64,000 nucleotides of DNA from an uncultured Planctomycetaceae bacterium (lineage in GTDB: Bacteria; Planctomycetota; Planctomycetia; Planctomycetales; Planctomycetaceae): contig CAWFGE010000013.1 in assembly GCA_963815195.1 (NCBI GenBank), positions 640,001 to 704,000 on the forward strand. Reading direction: 5' to 3'. Positions 30,398-40,082 of this stretch are shown here, one piece after another. Each line of letters starts with the position of its first letter. Positions within the stretch are counted from its first letter, which is position 1. The notes below the pieces were generated by a model. It had not been told where the DNA came from and did not search any database. It was given only the letters and a program-made list of their open reading frames with translations. The position numbers were made by a program, and so were the translations under genes.

Positions 30398-31231
30398 ATG
30401 AATCCAAAAATCGCGTGTTTCACCAACAGCTACGGCCGGTTCGGGGGCGAGGCGGCGGTTGCGCATTTGCCGACGGTGGGGATCGAATGGCTGGAACTGC
30501 CGATCCGCACCGATCCGGGGCCGGGCTTTTTTGGGGATCTTCCGCTTATTACCATAGAAGCCAACTCCGCCAAGATCGCGGCCCTTCAGCATCGGATCAC
30601 CAAGGCGGGTTTGCGGATCTCGAGTTGCAATGTGACCAGCGGCAATCCGCTCGATCCCGAAGTACTCGCCGTCACCAAAAAGAAGCTCGATATCGCTGCG
30701 AACTTCGGCGTGGAACTCGTCGTGGGCGGAGCGGGGGAAGCGGAAAGCGAAACCGACCGCGACACGTTGTACCGGCATCTGACGGAAATCGGCGATCACG
30801 CGGCCGACTTGGGGATCGTGTATTGCTTCGAGACGCATCCCGGCCTCTGCCAGCATCCGGGTTCCATGCTGGAAACAATGGACCGGCTGGGTCATCCGCA
30901 TCTCAAGTTGAACTTCGACACCGGCAACGTGCTTTACTACAACGAAGGTGCGGATGTGTTAATGGCTCTCCGGCAGGTGCGGGAGCACGTCCGGCACGTG
31001 CATTTGAAGGACACCAACGGCCGATACCGCGACTGGCATTTCCCCGCCTTGGGAGCGGGCGGTGCCGTGGACTTCGCGGCGGTCAAGCGGATTCTCGATG
31101 AGGGGAATTACGCCGGCCCTTACAGCCTGGAACTCGAAGGCATCGAAGGCGAGCCGGAATTGTCGCTGGCGGACTATCAAACCCGCGTCGCCGACAGCAT
31201 GAAGCACCTCAAAAGTTGCGGTTTTGCGTGA
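30398..31231 (+). CDS. Sugar phosphate isomerase/epimerase family TIM-barrel protein
   Basis: FETH, NFDTGN, HVHLKD, G.G.VDF, SLELE. Confidence 0.88.
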   Translation: MNPKIACFTNSYGRFGGEAAVAHLPTVGIEWLELPIRTDPGPGFFGDLPLITIEANSAKIAALQHRITKAGLRISSCNVTSGNPLDPEVLAVTKKKLDIAANFGVELVVGGAGEAESETDRDTLYRHLTEIGDHAADLGIVYCFETHPGLCQHPGSMLETMDRLGHPHLKLNFDTGNVLYYNEGADVLMALRQVREHVRHVHLKDTNGRYRDWHFPALGAGGAVDFAAVKRILDEGNYAGPYSLELEGIEGEPELSLADYQTRVADSMKHLKSCGFA

Positions 31232-31252
31232 TTTCCGTTGTTCGAAAGAACG

Positions 31253-31394
31253 GAGCCGCGCACGAAGTAAGCGGTCTTGAAATCGTCAAAACCGCTTACT
31301 TCGTGCGCGGCTCAAAAAATCAGAAAACCGCTTACTTCGTGCGCGGCTCAAAAAATCAGAAAACCGCTTACTTCGTGCGCGGCTCAAAAATCAG
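31253..31394. repeat. REP doublet (family A) with the right arm expanded into three 36-bp tandem copies
   Basis: GAGCCGCGCACGAAGTAAGCGGT followed by three copies of AAAACCGCTTACTTCGTGCGCGGCTCAAAAA(A)TCAG. Confidence 0.9.
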
Positions 31395-32578
31395 TCGCCG
31401 AGTTTGCCGAGTTTGCCGAACTTGAGGGTGGTGATCCACACGAACGGCTGGCCGAGTTCGTCGATCTTCAAATCGTGCGACAAGCGGTTCGGATTGGTGA
31501 CGCCGCGGAGAAGCAGGCTCCAGGAGGTTTTGCGGGGCGGATAGTTCACCCGCGTTTTGACGAGGTCGATCCCGTTGGCTTCGATGCGGTAATGATCGTA
31601 GCGGATCGGGATTTTCGTTTTGGCCGAGATCGCGGTGAGCACATCGACGATGGGCAGATTGTCGAGATCGACAGGCACGAACTCAAACAGGCTGGGGGCG
31701 GTTTGCTGCCGGCTGTTTCTCAGCTGCCAACCTACGGGCCAGACCTCGGTGGTCTTTTGCAGCGGGACGACGGAGATTTCCAATTTGCCGGCTGGCGTGC
31801 GGACGGGACGGAAGCCCAAGCCGTATTCGTTGAGCAGCATCGCCAACGCGGTGCCGCGGGAAAACCCCTCGAGCGATTGCGGGAACGGGCCGCGGTTGGG
31901 AAACTCCGACTTGAGCCAATCGCTCGCGTCCTGGGTCATGCGGACCGGGTAGTTGGCGGGGATGTCCAGGCGGTCGATGGCTTTTTCCAACGACTGGTCT
32001 TTGATCGGCTTATCGATCTTTTCGGAAAAGGCCTTGTAGATCTCGGCGAACTGCTCCTGGTTCAGTCCCCACAACGGCTGCCCGGCGGGGTTGCCTTGTT
32101 TGCCGAACTTTTTGAGGTCCTCGAGATATTTCGACAGGTTCGCGGTCTGATCTTGGGAGAAGACTTTGTCGGGCAGAACGATCCGGCCCTGGCGGTCGAG
32201 CCGGCCGATGACCGTGACCCGGCGGAAGGTGCCGACCTTGTCTTCTTTGATCTCCGGCTTCTCGCTGAGGTTGCCGGTGCGGATTCGCACATCGACCCCC
32301 ATCTGCTCAAAAATCGGTCGCCACATTTGGGCCTGGAATCCCACGCCGTCCATGCCGCCCACCAGTTCCACGGAGAGCACCGTGTTGGACTGTTTGGACT
32401 GTGACTGCTCCGCCAAACGCTGTTTCAACCGGTTGGTCGCGCGGCGGGGATCGTTCGGGCCGGGAAGAACCTTGTACCGCTGCGCCAACACCGGCCGCGC
32501 TCCCCCCAGCACGCAGCCTGCCAGCAGGACTCCGCAAAAGACGCCGCGCGAAATGCTGGATTGGATGGGACGCTTCAT
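31391..32578 (-). CDS. Hypothetical secreted protein
   Basis: Signal peptide ending VLA; 395 aa; high-GC3 codon usage. Confidence 0.75.
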   Translation of the reverse strand: MKRPIQSSISRGVFCGVLLAGCVLGGARPVLAQRYKVLPGPNDPRRATNRLKQRLAEQSQSKQSNTVLSVELVGGMDGVGFQAQMWRPIFEQMGVDVRIRTGNLSEKPEIKEDKVGTFRRVTVIGRLDRQGRIVLPDKVFSQDQTANLSKYLEDLKKFGKQGNPAGQPLWGLNQEQFAEIYKAFSEKIDKPIKDQSLEKAIDRLDIPANYPVRMTQDASDWLKSEFPNRGPFPQSLEGFSRGTALAMLLNEYGLGFRPVRTPAGKLEISVVPLQKTTEVWPVGWQLRNSRQQTAPSLFEFVPVDLDNLPIVDVLTAISAKTKIPIRYDHYRIEANGIDLVKTRVNYPPRKTSWSLLLRGVTNPNRLSHDLKIDELGQPFVWITTLKFGKLGKLGD

Positions 32579-32887
32579 GGCCTTTTCCCCGTTGTCTTGT
32601 GGGAGAAGTGCGGATTCTTAGACTCTCTCCATTCTAGTCCGCAATTCGGGCCGGCGAAAGGCGGTTTCTTTGATACTCAAGTTGTAGGGTGCACGCCTGC
32701 TTTTCTCCCGGTTGCAAAATTCGATCATTTTGTCAACCGAGGAAATCAGGGCCCAAAACCGTTGTGTAATGGACTGCGTAGTTTGAGGTCAATGGTTTTT
32801 ACATCCATTCGTCCGATATGGAACGAATCTAGCAAAGGGGCTTTGCCAAGACGCGCCGGATCACCCAATCTCAGCCATTCCGAATTG

Positions 32888-33140
32888 CGGAAAAGGGCCG
32901 AAGGTCCGGGTCTATGTCAGCCCAGGGCGAAGCCCTGGGAAACGGTAACGAACAAAATGCAAAAGCCCCAACCGGGGCGGCCCTAAACCGGATTACGCGG
33001 CATTGATGAAGCCGCGCCTGCGCGTGTGCCAGATAGGGCCGCCCCGTTGGGGCTTGCATTTTATCCATTCGTAACTCAGGGCGGCGCTGCGCTTGCCCTG
33101 GGCTGACATAGGGCCGGGCCTTCGGCCCTAAATCCTTTGC
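32888..33140. repeat. Nested palindromic REPIN/MITE-like element (family F, copy 2, inverted relative to copy 1)
   Basis: Ends GGGCCGGGCCTTCGGCCCTAAATCCTTTGC, the reverse complement of the copy 1 start. Confidence 0.85.
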
Positions 33141-33335
33141 TCCTTTGGGGACTTTGTGGCCTTTGCCCCTTGAAATCAGATTCCTTTTGATAGAAGCCTC
33201 ATGAAACGAGAACACGCCGCTTACAGTTGGAGTGCAAGAGAAACAAGCCAGCTCCGCGGCGGCGCGGGGCCGGGCGGAGCTGGCTCGGGCTAAAGCAGCC
33301 TGACCTGTTCTTTTCAGGCTTGGCAAATTGACAAG

Positions 33336-34241
33336 TTAGCGGCTGACGAATTGCTCGATCTCATCGACTTCCACAGCCAACTGCTTGTCGGCATAGTAGG
33401 CCGGGTTTTCGAGGAACTCGGTCCGGTTCGCTTCGTTCGCCAACAGGAAGACCTGGTCGCGGAAGAACACGCCGTGGCGAGTCTTTCCTTTTACGGCACG
33501 GCCTTCCTCGGCGAGGATCACCGGATCGCAGCCCAACAGCCGCGGGGCATAGCGGGCGGAGTCGGCTTCGAAGAGTTCCTGCTCTTCCCGGGTGACGAAG
33601 CGGTAAGTCACGCCGAGATAGTCGGCTTCAAATTCCGCCTGCCCCTTTTTCCAGAGCTTGCCGGTGGTGAGGGCCACCGGGCTGTAACCCTCCAGCCCCA
33701 AGTGTTTGGCTCCGGGCTTGGCGGCGATCGCCGGCCCGTTCTTGCGGGTGGATTTTCGGGAGGCGTCGGCCACTTCCGATGCCGGCTTGCCGGGATACTT
33801 GGCGGCGAGTTGCTCCAGGCGGGAAATGTAGGTGGACTCGGAGGTCGCCCCGACGTAGCGGGTGTCCACTTTGCCTGCGGGACTGACCATCACGTCCGTC
33901 GGAAAACCGGACACGCCGAACCGGGAGCGAATGGACGGATTGTGATCGGCATTGACCTTCACCCCGACCACGTCTTTCCCCAGGCGGCGGAGAACGGCCG
34001 GTTCGTTGAGAACGCTGTGTTCCATTTGCTGGCAGGGGCCGCACCAGTCGGCGTAAAAATGCACCACCAGCGGTTTCCCCAACGCTTTGGCCTCGGCCTC
34101 GGCTTGGGAGAAGTTCGTGTGCCAGCCGGACTTTTGCATCCGGTCTTTCGGAGCAGAGGACATATCCGCCAAAACGGACGATGCCAACGTGAGCGAAAGG
34201 CTGCAAATCATGGTCGCGGCTCGCAAACAAGACCTTTGCAT
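33336..34241 (-). CDS. Secreted thioredoxin-domain protein with C-terminal YHS-like domains
   Basis: Signal peptide; FYADWCGPC; GLEGYSPV..YLGVTYRF..RYAP; F.ENP..Y. Confidence 0.8.
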   Translation of the reverse strand: MQRSCLRAATMICSLSLTLASSVLADMSSAPKDRMQKSGWHTNFSQAEAEAKALGKPLVVHFYADWCGPCQQMEHSVLNEPAVLRRLGKDVVGVKVNADHNPSIRSRFGVSGFPTDVMVSPAGKVDTRYVGATSESTYISRLEQLAAKYPGKPASEVADASRKSTRKNGPAIAAKPGAKHLGLEGYSPVALTTGKLWKKGQAEFEADYLGVTYRFVTREEQELFEADSARYAPRLLGCDPVILAEEGRAVKGKTRHGVFFRDQVFLLANEANRTEFLENPAYYADKQLAVEVDEIEQFVSR

Positions 34242-34937
34242 CGCGGACTCCTTTTCGATGTCAAATGACGAGGACACGCCTCGCCTGGGAGGAAAACGTC
34301 CTCAAACCCCCGGACCTTCAGCCTTCACGACGAACGGAACCGTTGCGTCGAGTTGTGCGCGACCCGAAACGAATTGAATAAAGGGAATTGCCGGCCATCA
34401 GAGAATTGCCGCGAGCCAGCCCAGCTCGTGAGGCAATTTCGCAGGTCCCGCTGCGAAGGATGGCGGTGCAGATTGGAAAGTACTGAGGATGGAGTGAACG
34501 GCCTCTGGTAGGTGGGGAGCTTGGGGGGAAACAAATCAGGTGGAGAGGCTAGCCGGAAAAAATTGAGTTGTCAAATTCCAGCCGCCGATTTTTCGCAAGA
34601 AAAATAGAAAAAAATCCGGGAAACCAGCAGCGACGCCCTAATGGTTTTTGGGAACGCACGCCTGGAAGATTCTGTATAGTTAAACTGGGTAAAATATTAA
34701 AACTGGGTTGGGTAAGATTCTGTGATAAAACGCGGTTTGTCGGAGAATCGCCGACAGGCGGTTTTCCCGGCGGGATTTTAGAACCTTTCTCCGCCCGGAA
34801 GGAACTGAAAAAACCGCCGAATTGGAAATTTTTCGCAACTCTTTGGTAGGATTTGGATTGAGATGCGAAAATCGCCTCCCGGCGGAAGGCGATCCCTGAA
34901 CATTCCTGGAAGCGACAGCAGAATCGAGGCAATCGCA

Positions 34938-37814
34938 ATGAGCTTGTGGACAACTTGCAGAGCCGCTCTTTGGGTTCTGGCCGTCTTGGGAGTCGGGTTG
35001 ATGGGAAACGGCACGTGCGCGGCGGCGAAGTATGATCTGGTCATCCAGGGCGGCAAGGTGGTGGACGGCAGCGGTGCTCCGTGGTATGTCGCGGACGTGG
35101 GAATCCGCGAGGGAAAAATCGCCAAGATCGGCCGGATTGCCGCTGGCGAAGCGGAAACCGTGATCGATGCCCGCGGCCTCGTCGTGGCCCCGGGGTTCAT
35201 CGACATGATGGGCCAGACCGCGACCCCGATGATGGAAGACCCCGGCACTGCGCTCAATCTGCTCACCCAGGGTATCACCACGATCAACGCGGGCGAAGGC
35301 CAATCGGCCGCCCCGTTGAGTGAAGCCGACGGCCGACCGACCGGCTGGACGACGATGGCCGAGTATTTCACGCTCCTGGAACTCAAGGGGCTGCCGATCA
35401 ACGTGGTGCAGACGGTCGGGCACACGCAAGTCCGGCGGATTGTTATTGGCGACGTCGAGCGCCGGCCGACGGCGGAGGAACTGGACCGGATGCGGGATCT
35501 CGTTCGGGAAGGCATGGAAGCCGGGGCCATCGGCGTGTCGACCGCGCTCATCTATCCGCCCGCCGTGTATGCCGACACCGAGGAAATCGCCGCCCTCGCG
35601 GAAGTCGCCGGGGAACACGGCGGCCGATATTACACGCACATGCGAAACGAAGGCGACCAGCTTTTGGAAGCCATCGACGAGGCCCTCGAAATCGGCAAAA
35701 AAGGCAAAACGCCGGTGCACATATTCCACCTCAAAGCCGCCGGCAAACAGAACTGGGGCAAAATGCGGCTGGCGATCGCGAAAATTCAAGCCAGCCGCGC
35801 CGCCGGGCAGCAGGTCACCGCCGACATCTATCCCTACATCAACAACGGCCTGGGGATCGCGGCTTTGATTCATCCCCGGCATTTTTCCGAAGGTTACGAA
35901 AAGCTCCGCCGCCGGCTGGACGATCCCAAACTCCGCGCCGAAATCCGCAAAGAAATGGAAACCACCGGCGGCTGGGAGAACTGGTATCGGCACGTCGGCC
36001 ACGATTGGGACCGCGTCGTCATCGGCCAATCCAACGACAAACGCTACGAAGAACACGACGGCCAAAGCGTCGCCGCGATCGCCAAGGCCACGAACGAAGA
36101 CCCCTGGGACGTGTTTTTCGAACTCGTCAAATCGGGGGCCTTCGCGCTGCCTCAAAGCATGACCGAGGCCAACAAAATCCTCGCGATACAGCAGGAGTTC
36201 GTCTCGTTTTGCACGGACGTGGGACCCGCGGGCGGCAACCGGAACGCATCGCATCCCCGCGCGTTCGGGTCCTTCCCGCGAATGCTCTCCCACTACGTCC
36301 GCGACCTCGGGGCCATTTCGCTCGAGCGGGCCGTCGCCCAAGCCAGCGCGGTCGCGGCGAACGATGTCTTGGCCTACGATCGCGGCCGGATTGCCGAGGG
36401 CCTGGCGGCGGATGTGATCGTGTTCGATTACGAGAACCTCACGGACGCCGCGACCTTTGCGAACCCGCACGCGGTCTCCAAGGGCATGAAGCATGTGATC
36501 GTCAATGGCGTCCCGGTGTTGAAAGACGGCGAGTTCACCAAGAAACGTCCCGGCCGCGTGCTGCGGGGGCCGGGATATCAAGAAGTGAAAGCGTCCTACA
36601 ACATCTCCACCGGACCGACCGACGAACGGCTCGCCCCGTTTGACGAAATGATGCGCGACTTCCTGAAAAAGCACCGCATCCCCGGTGCAGCCGTCGCCGT
36701 CACCAACCACGGCCAACTCATGTTCGCCCGCGGCTACGGTTATGCCGACGTCGCCAACCGCGAACCGGCGACGCCCACGAGCCTGTTCCGCATTGCGAGC
36801 ATATCCAAGCCGATCACCGCCGTCGCGATTTTGCAATTGATCGAACAGAAAAAGCTCTCGCTCGACGACCGCGTGTTCGAGATTCTCGATTTCAACTCCG
36901 AGATCGAAAAGGCCGGCGACGACTTCGACCCCCGGCAGCGGGACATCACGATCCGCCATCTCTTGCAGCACCGCGGCGGCTGGGACCGCGATGAATCGTT
37001 CGATGCGATGTTCCAATCCGTCAGGTTCGCGAAGCAGTTTGATGTGCCCGCGCCGGCGGGGCCGCGGGACATCATCCGGGCCATGCTCCGGCAGAAGTTG
37101 GATTTCGATCCCGGCGAAAGATACGCATATTCCAACTACGGTTACTGCCTGTTGGGGCGGGTCATCGAAAAACTCACCGGCCGGAGTTACGAGGACTCTG
37201 TGAAGGAGCACGTCCTCGGGCCGCTGGGCATCCGGGACATGCGGATCGGCAAAACGCATCTCCCGGGGCGGGCGAAGAACGAGGTGCGGTATTACGATCC
37301 CGAACTCGGGAAGTCGGTGTTTCAAGCCGATTTGGGCGAGAAAGTCCCCTGGGCCTATGGCGGCTGGTATTTGGAGGCGATGGATTCCCACGGGGCCTGG
37401 ATCGCCTCAGCGGTCGATCTGGCCCGCTTCGCCGCCGCGTTCGACGATCCCGCAAAGTGCAAAGTGCTCTCCAAGGAAAGCCTCGATCTTATGCACGCCC
37501 GCCCGCCGGGACTGGCCGGACACGAGGAAAACGGCGACCCCAAAGAGGTGTTCTATTCCCTGGGCTGGATGAACCGCGCCCTTGGCGAGGACAAAACCAA
37601 CCACTGGCACACGGGTTCGCTCTCCGGCACCGCGACGATCCTCATCCGCCGCCACGACGGCAAAAATTTCATCGCCCTCTTCAACACCCGCACCAGCCCA
37701 GTCGCCGCCCATTTGGGAAGAGAAATCGACCCCCTCCTCCACAAAGCCGCGGATGCCGTGAAAGACTGGCCTCGGGAGGATTTGTTCGGCGAGTTTGGAA
37801 CATCGGACCGGTAG
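34938..37814 (+). CDS. Secreted fusion of a D-aminoacylase-like amidohydrolase and a beta-lactamase-family serine hydrolase
   Basis: GGKVVDGSG, PGFID, THMRNE, HPRAFGSFPR; then FRIASISK (SxxK), YSN, HTG. Confidence 0.88.
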   Translation: MSLWTTCRAALWVLAVLGVGLMGNGTCAAAKYDLVIQGGKVVDGSGAPWYVADVGIREGKIAKIGRIAAGEAETVIDARGLVVAPGFIDMMGQTATPMMEDPGTALNLLTQGITTINAGEGQSAAPLSEADGRPTGWTTMAEYFTLLELKGLPINVVQTVGHTQVRRIVIGDVERRPTAEELDRMRDLVREGMEAGAIGVSTALIYPPAVYADTEEIAALAEVAGEHGGRYYTHMRNEGDQLLEAIDEALEIGKKGKTPVHIFHLKAAGKQNWGKMRLAIAKIQASRAAGQQVTADIYPYINNGLGIAALIHPRHFSEGYEKLRRRLDDPKLRAEIRKEMETTGGWENWYRHVGHDWDRVVIGQSNDKRYEEHDGQSVAAIAKATNEDPWDVFFELVKSGAFALPQSMTEANKILAIQQEFVSFCTDVGPAGGNRNASHPRAFGSFPRMLSHYVRDLGAISLERAVAQASAVAANDVLAYDRGRIAEGLAADVIVFDYENLTDAATFANPHAVSKGMKHVIVNGVPVLKDGEFTKKRPGRVLRGPGYQEVKASYNISTGPTDERLAPFDEMMRDFLKKHRIPGAAVAVTNHGQLMFARGYGYADVANREPATPTSLFRIASISKPITAVAILQLIEQKKLSLDDRVFEILDFNSEIEKAGDDFDPRQRDITIRHLLQHRGGWDRDESFDAMFQSVRFAKQFDVPAPAGPRDIIRAMLRQKLDFDPGERYAYSNYGYCLLGRVIEKLTGRSYEDSVKEHVLGPLGIRDMRIGKTHLPGRAKNEVRYYDPELGKSVFQADLGEKVPWAYGGWYLEAMDSHGAWIASAVDLARFAAAFDDPAKCKVLSKESLDLMHARPPGLAGHEENGDPKEVFYSLGWMNRALGEDKTNHWHTGSLSGTATILIRRHDGKNFIALFNTRTSPVAAHLGREIDPLLHKAADAVKDWPREDLFGEFGTSDR

Positions 37815-38018
37815 GTTGTTCTTCTTGCTTTTCATTGGAAGAGCGCGCAGGTCAAAGGTCACCAAATTGAGGACGGAAACACAAAACGACCGCCTTGGTT
37901 CGCTCGGTGCAGCGCGGTAAAAACTTTCCGCCAATGCGGTCGAAACCCGGCATGGAACTCCGTATAATAGGGGGCTTCCGTTCGATTTCCGCACGCCTCC
38001 AACCTGCTTTTGGTGATA

Positions 38019-39080
38019 ATGTCCGAGTCCGCCCCGCAATCCTCCTCCGTTTCTGAATGCACCGAATCGAACGCCGTCCCCCACCCGTCGACCGGAGAGC
38101 GGCTGCCTTTGGAACCCCTGGACCCTGAGTTGACGACGATCCAGCCCGGCGGGGGGGTGATAATTCACCTGGAGCAGTTTTGGGGCCGATTTCGCCGGGT
38201 CTATTTGAGGATCTTCCGGCGGGGCTACGTGAAACAGATGACCGAGCTGCGCCGGGGCGAACGCAATCCCTGCCCGCATGCCGTCCTCGATCCGCGGGAT
38301 ATGAAATACTATCAAAACCAGCCGGGCGGGTATTATTGGAATCCGGAGGACGACCCCTTCCGCTGGCGGGACAATTTGCCGTTCGCCCGCGCGGGGCTGG
38401 CGGAGCTTTTCGTGTTTTCCGTCTTGACGTTTGGCGGCGCGATTGGCCTGGCGGCGCTCATTCTCAGCCAGGGCTGGAGCGGAGCCGGGGCAAAAGTCGC
38501 CTGGCTCGGCGTGGCGGCGATTTCGGTCGTCGGGCTGTTGATCGTGTGGTTCTTCCGCAATCCCAACCGCATCATCCCGCACGGCGAAGGCGTGGTCGTT
38601 TCCCCGGCGGACGGCAAAGTCGTTCTGATCGAAGAATTGGAGCACGACGAGTTCGTAGGCGGGCCGGTCGTTCAAATCGGCATCTTTCTGTCGATTTTTA
38701 ACGTGCACATCAACCGCACGCCCATCGCCGGCCGCGTGATTGGGCTAAAGTACAAAAAAGGCAAATACCTAAACGCCCTCCGTCCGGAATCCGCCAAGGA
38801 AAACGAACAACTCGCGGTCAAGCTCGAAGGCACCACAGCCCCCTATCGCCGGATGGTCGTCCGCCAAATCACCGGAGCCATCGCCCGCCGGATTGTGTGT
38901 TGGCTCAAACCCGGCGATGAGCTGTCCAAAGGCGAACAACTCGGCATGATCAAACTCGGCTCCCGAACCGAACTCGTCCTCCCCAAGGAACCGGGCCTCA
39001 AAATCCTCGCCAAACTCGGCGAACACGTCCAAGCCGGCAGTTCGATTTTGGCGGAGTATGTTTCAGAGGCCAGAGGCTAG
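38019..39080 (+). CDS. psd: Phosphatidylserine decarboxylase proenzyme
   Basis: WFFRNP, SPADGKV, IFLSIFNVHINR, KLGSRT self-cleavage site. Confidence 0.92.
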   Translation: MSESAPQSSSVSECTESNAVPHPSTGERLPLEPLDPELTTIQPGGGVIIHLEQFWGRFRRVYLRIFRRGYVKQMTELRRGERNPCPHAVLDPRDMKYYQNQPGGYYWNPEDDPFRWRDNLPFARAGLAELFVFSVLTFGGAIGLAALILSQGWSGAGAKVAWLGVAAISVVGLLIVWFFRNPNRIIPHGEGVVVSPADGKVVLIEELEHDEFVGGPVVQIGIFLSIFNVHINRTPIAGRVIGLKYKKGKYLNALRPESAKENEQLAVKLEGTTAPYRRMVVRQITGAIARRIVCWLKPGDELSKGEQLGMIKLGSRTELVLPKEPGLKILAKLGEHVQAGSSILAEYVSEARG

Positions 39081-39097
39081 GGATCAGAGGCCAGGGA
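39063..39097 (+). repeat. Heptamer array (TCAGAGG)n, left arm
   Basis: TCAGAGG CCAGAGG CTAGGGA TCAGAGG CCAGGGA. Confidence 0.75.
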
Positions 39098-39204
39098 GAA
39101 TTGATATTGGTCCGTTGTCAGCCGTCCCTAGCAAGAGGCGAGCGGAGGAGAGGCAGCCCGTTCGTAGCATAGAATGATTAAGTTTGCTTCCAAAGGAACC
39201 TCAC

Positions 39205-40023
39205 ATGCCTGCAACTGCTGAAACAATCTGGATGGTTCCGGTCTACTTGCCATGCCTCCAGCCGCCATTGACTTCCGGAATTATCGCTCAAGCGGAGAAG
39301 CAAATTGGATTCTCGCTTCCATCGGAGTATATCAGTCTGCTCAAGAAACAAAACGGCGGCTACATTCGCTTTACGTTGCCGGAAACTGCTCATCGGATGA
39401 TTGCTGGGATCGGCCCCCATTTTCCATCATTGACTGCTTTTGACTGGGAAGAATGTCAGGACTATGTCAGTTATCCACTCGATGGACTCATCCCGTTTGA
39501 TGGCGATGGGCATTGGCATCTTTGCCTTGATTACAGAAATCACACCTCTTATCCCGCCGTGTCCTTGATCGACGTTGAATGCGACAGCCAAGCGACCATT
39601 GCCAATACCTTTGCCGACTATTTGGATCAACTTCAAGTGATTGCTGACGACGAATTCGTGGTAGAAAATGCCACGGAAGTCGATGAGGTCATCTCGCGGT
39701 TGTCGGAGGCTCTTGGCGTTACTTTTGATCCGCCTGACCGTTATGCTCACGGGTATCCGATCTATCGGGCTAACGCAGGCAAAAGGAAAAGGCGAGAGTG
39801 GATCTGGCTGAGTCCCAACTTAGTCGAGCGCGGCTTCGTGCGAGAGGATGATCCCCGGCACTCGGAACTTTGCAATCTCATGCCCGGTGAAGCTCCGCGT
39901 TATCCAGAAATTCCAGATTCGAGTTTCATCTTGAGTGCCACGGATGGGATTCGGCCCAAGGTGATTGATGCCTGCAATCAAGCAGCATTCAACATTCGAT
40001 CCCTGCGTGAATATCTCAACTGA
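39205..40023 (+). CDS. SMI1/KNR4 (SUKH) family protein
   Basis: IAQAEKQIGFSLPSEYISLLKKQNGG, IPFDGDGHWHLCLDYR, IANTFADYL; lower GC than neighbours. Confidence 0.85.
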   Translation: MPATAETIWMVPVYLPCLQPPLTSGIIAQAEKQIGFSLPSEYISLLKKQNGGYIRFTLPETAHRMIAGIGPHFPSLTAFDWEECQDYVSYPLDGLIPFDGDGHWHLCLDYRNHTSYPAVSLIDVECDSQATIANTFADYLDQLQVIADDEFVVENATEVDEVISRLSEALGVTFDPPDRYAHGYPIYRANAGKRKRREWIWLSPNLVERGFVREDDPRHSELCNLMPGEAPRYPEIPDSSFILSATDGIRPKVIDACNQAAFNIRSLREYLN

Positions 40024-40037
40024 GGTTCGTCTGCCTT

Positions 40038-40079
40038 TCCCTGACCTCTGACCTCCGGCCCCTGACTCCTGATCTCTGA
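40038..40079 (-). repeat. Heptamer array (CCTCTGA)n, right arm, inverted relative to 39063
   Basis: TCCCTGA CCTCTGA CCTCCGG CCCCTGA CTCCTGA TCTCTGA. Confidence 0.75.
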
Positions 40080-40082
40080 CCC

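Noticed and set aside
31288..31394. Possible CRISPR array (36-bp period)
   Set aside because: Units are contiguous and essentially identical with no unique spacers; no cas genes; the unit is one arm of a REP found elsewhere in the window.
34242..34937. ncRNA or riboswitch in the long intergenic region
   Set aside because: No family recognisable by eye; an Rfam/Infernal scan is needed.
34680..37391. 903-aa minus-strand ORF and similar long shadow ORFs (2589-3998, 10534-12012, 58329-60215)
   Set aside because: They lie opposite well-supported genes, have no motifs, and are expected in high-GC DNA.
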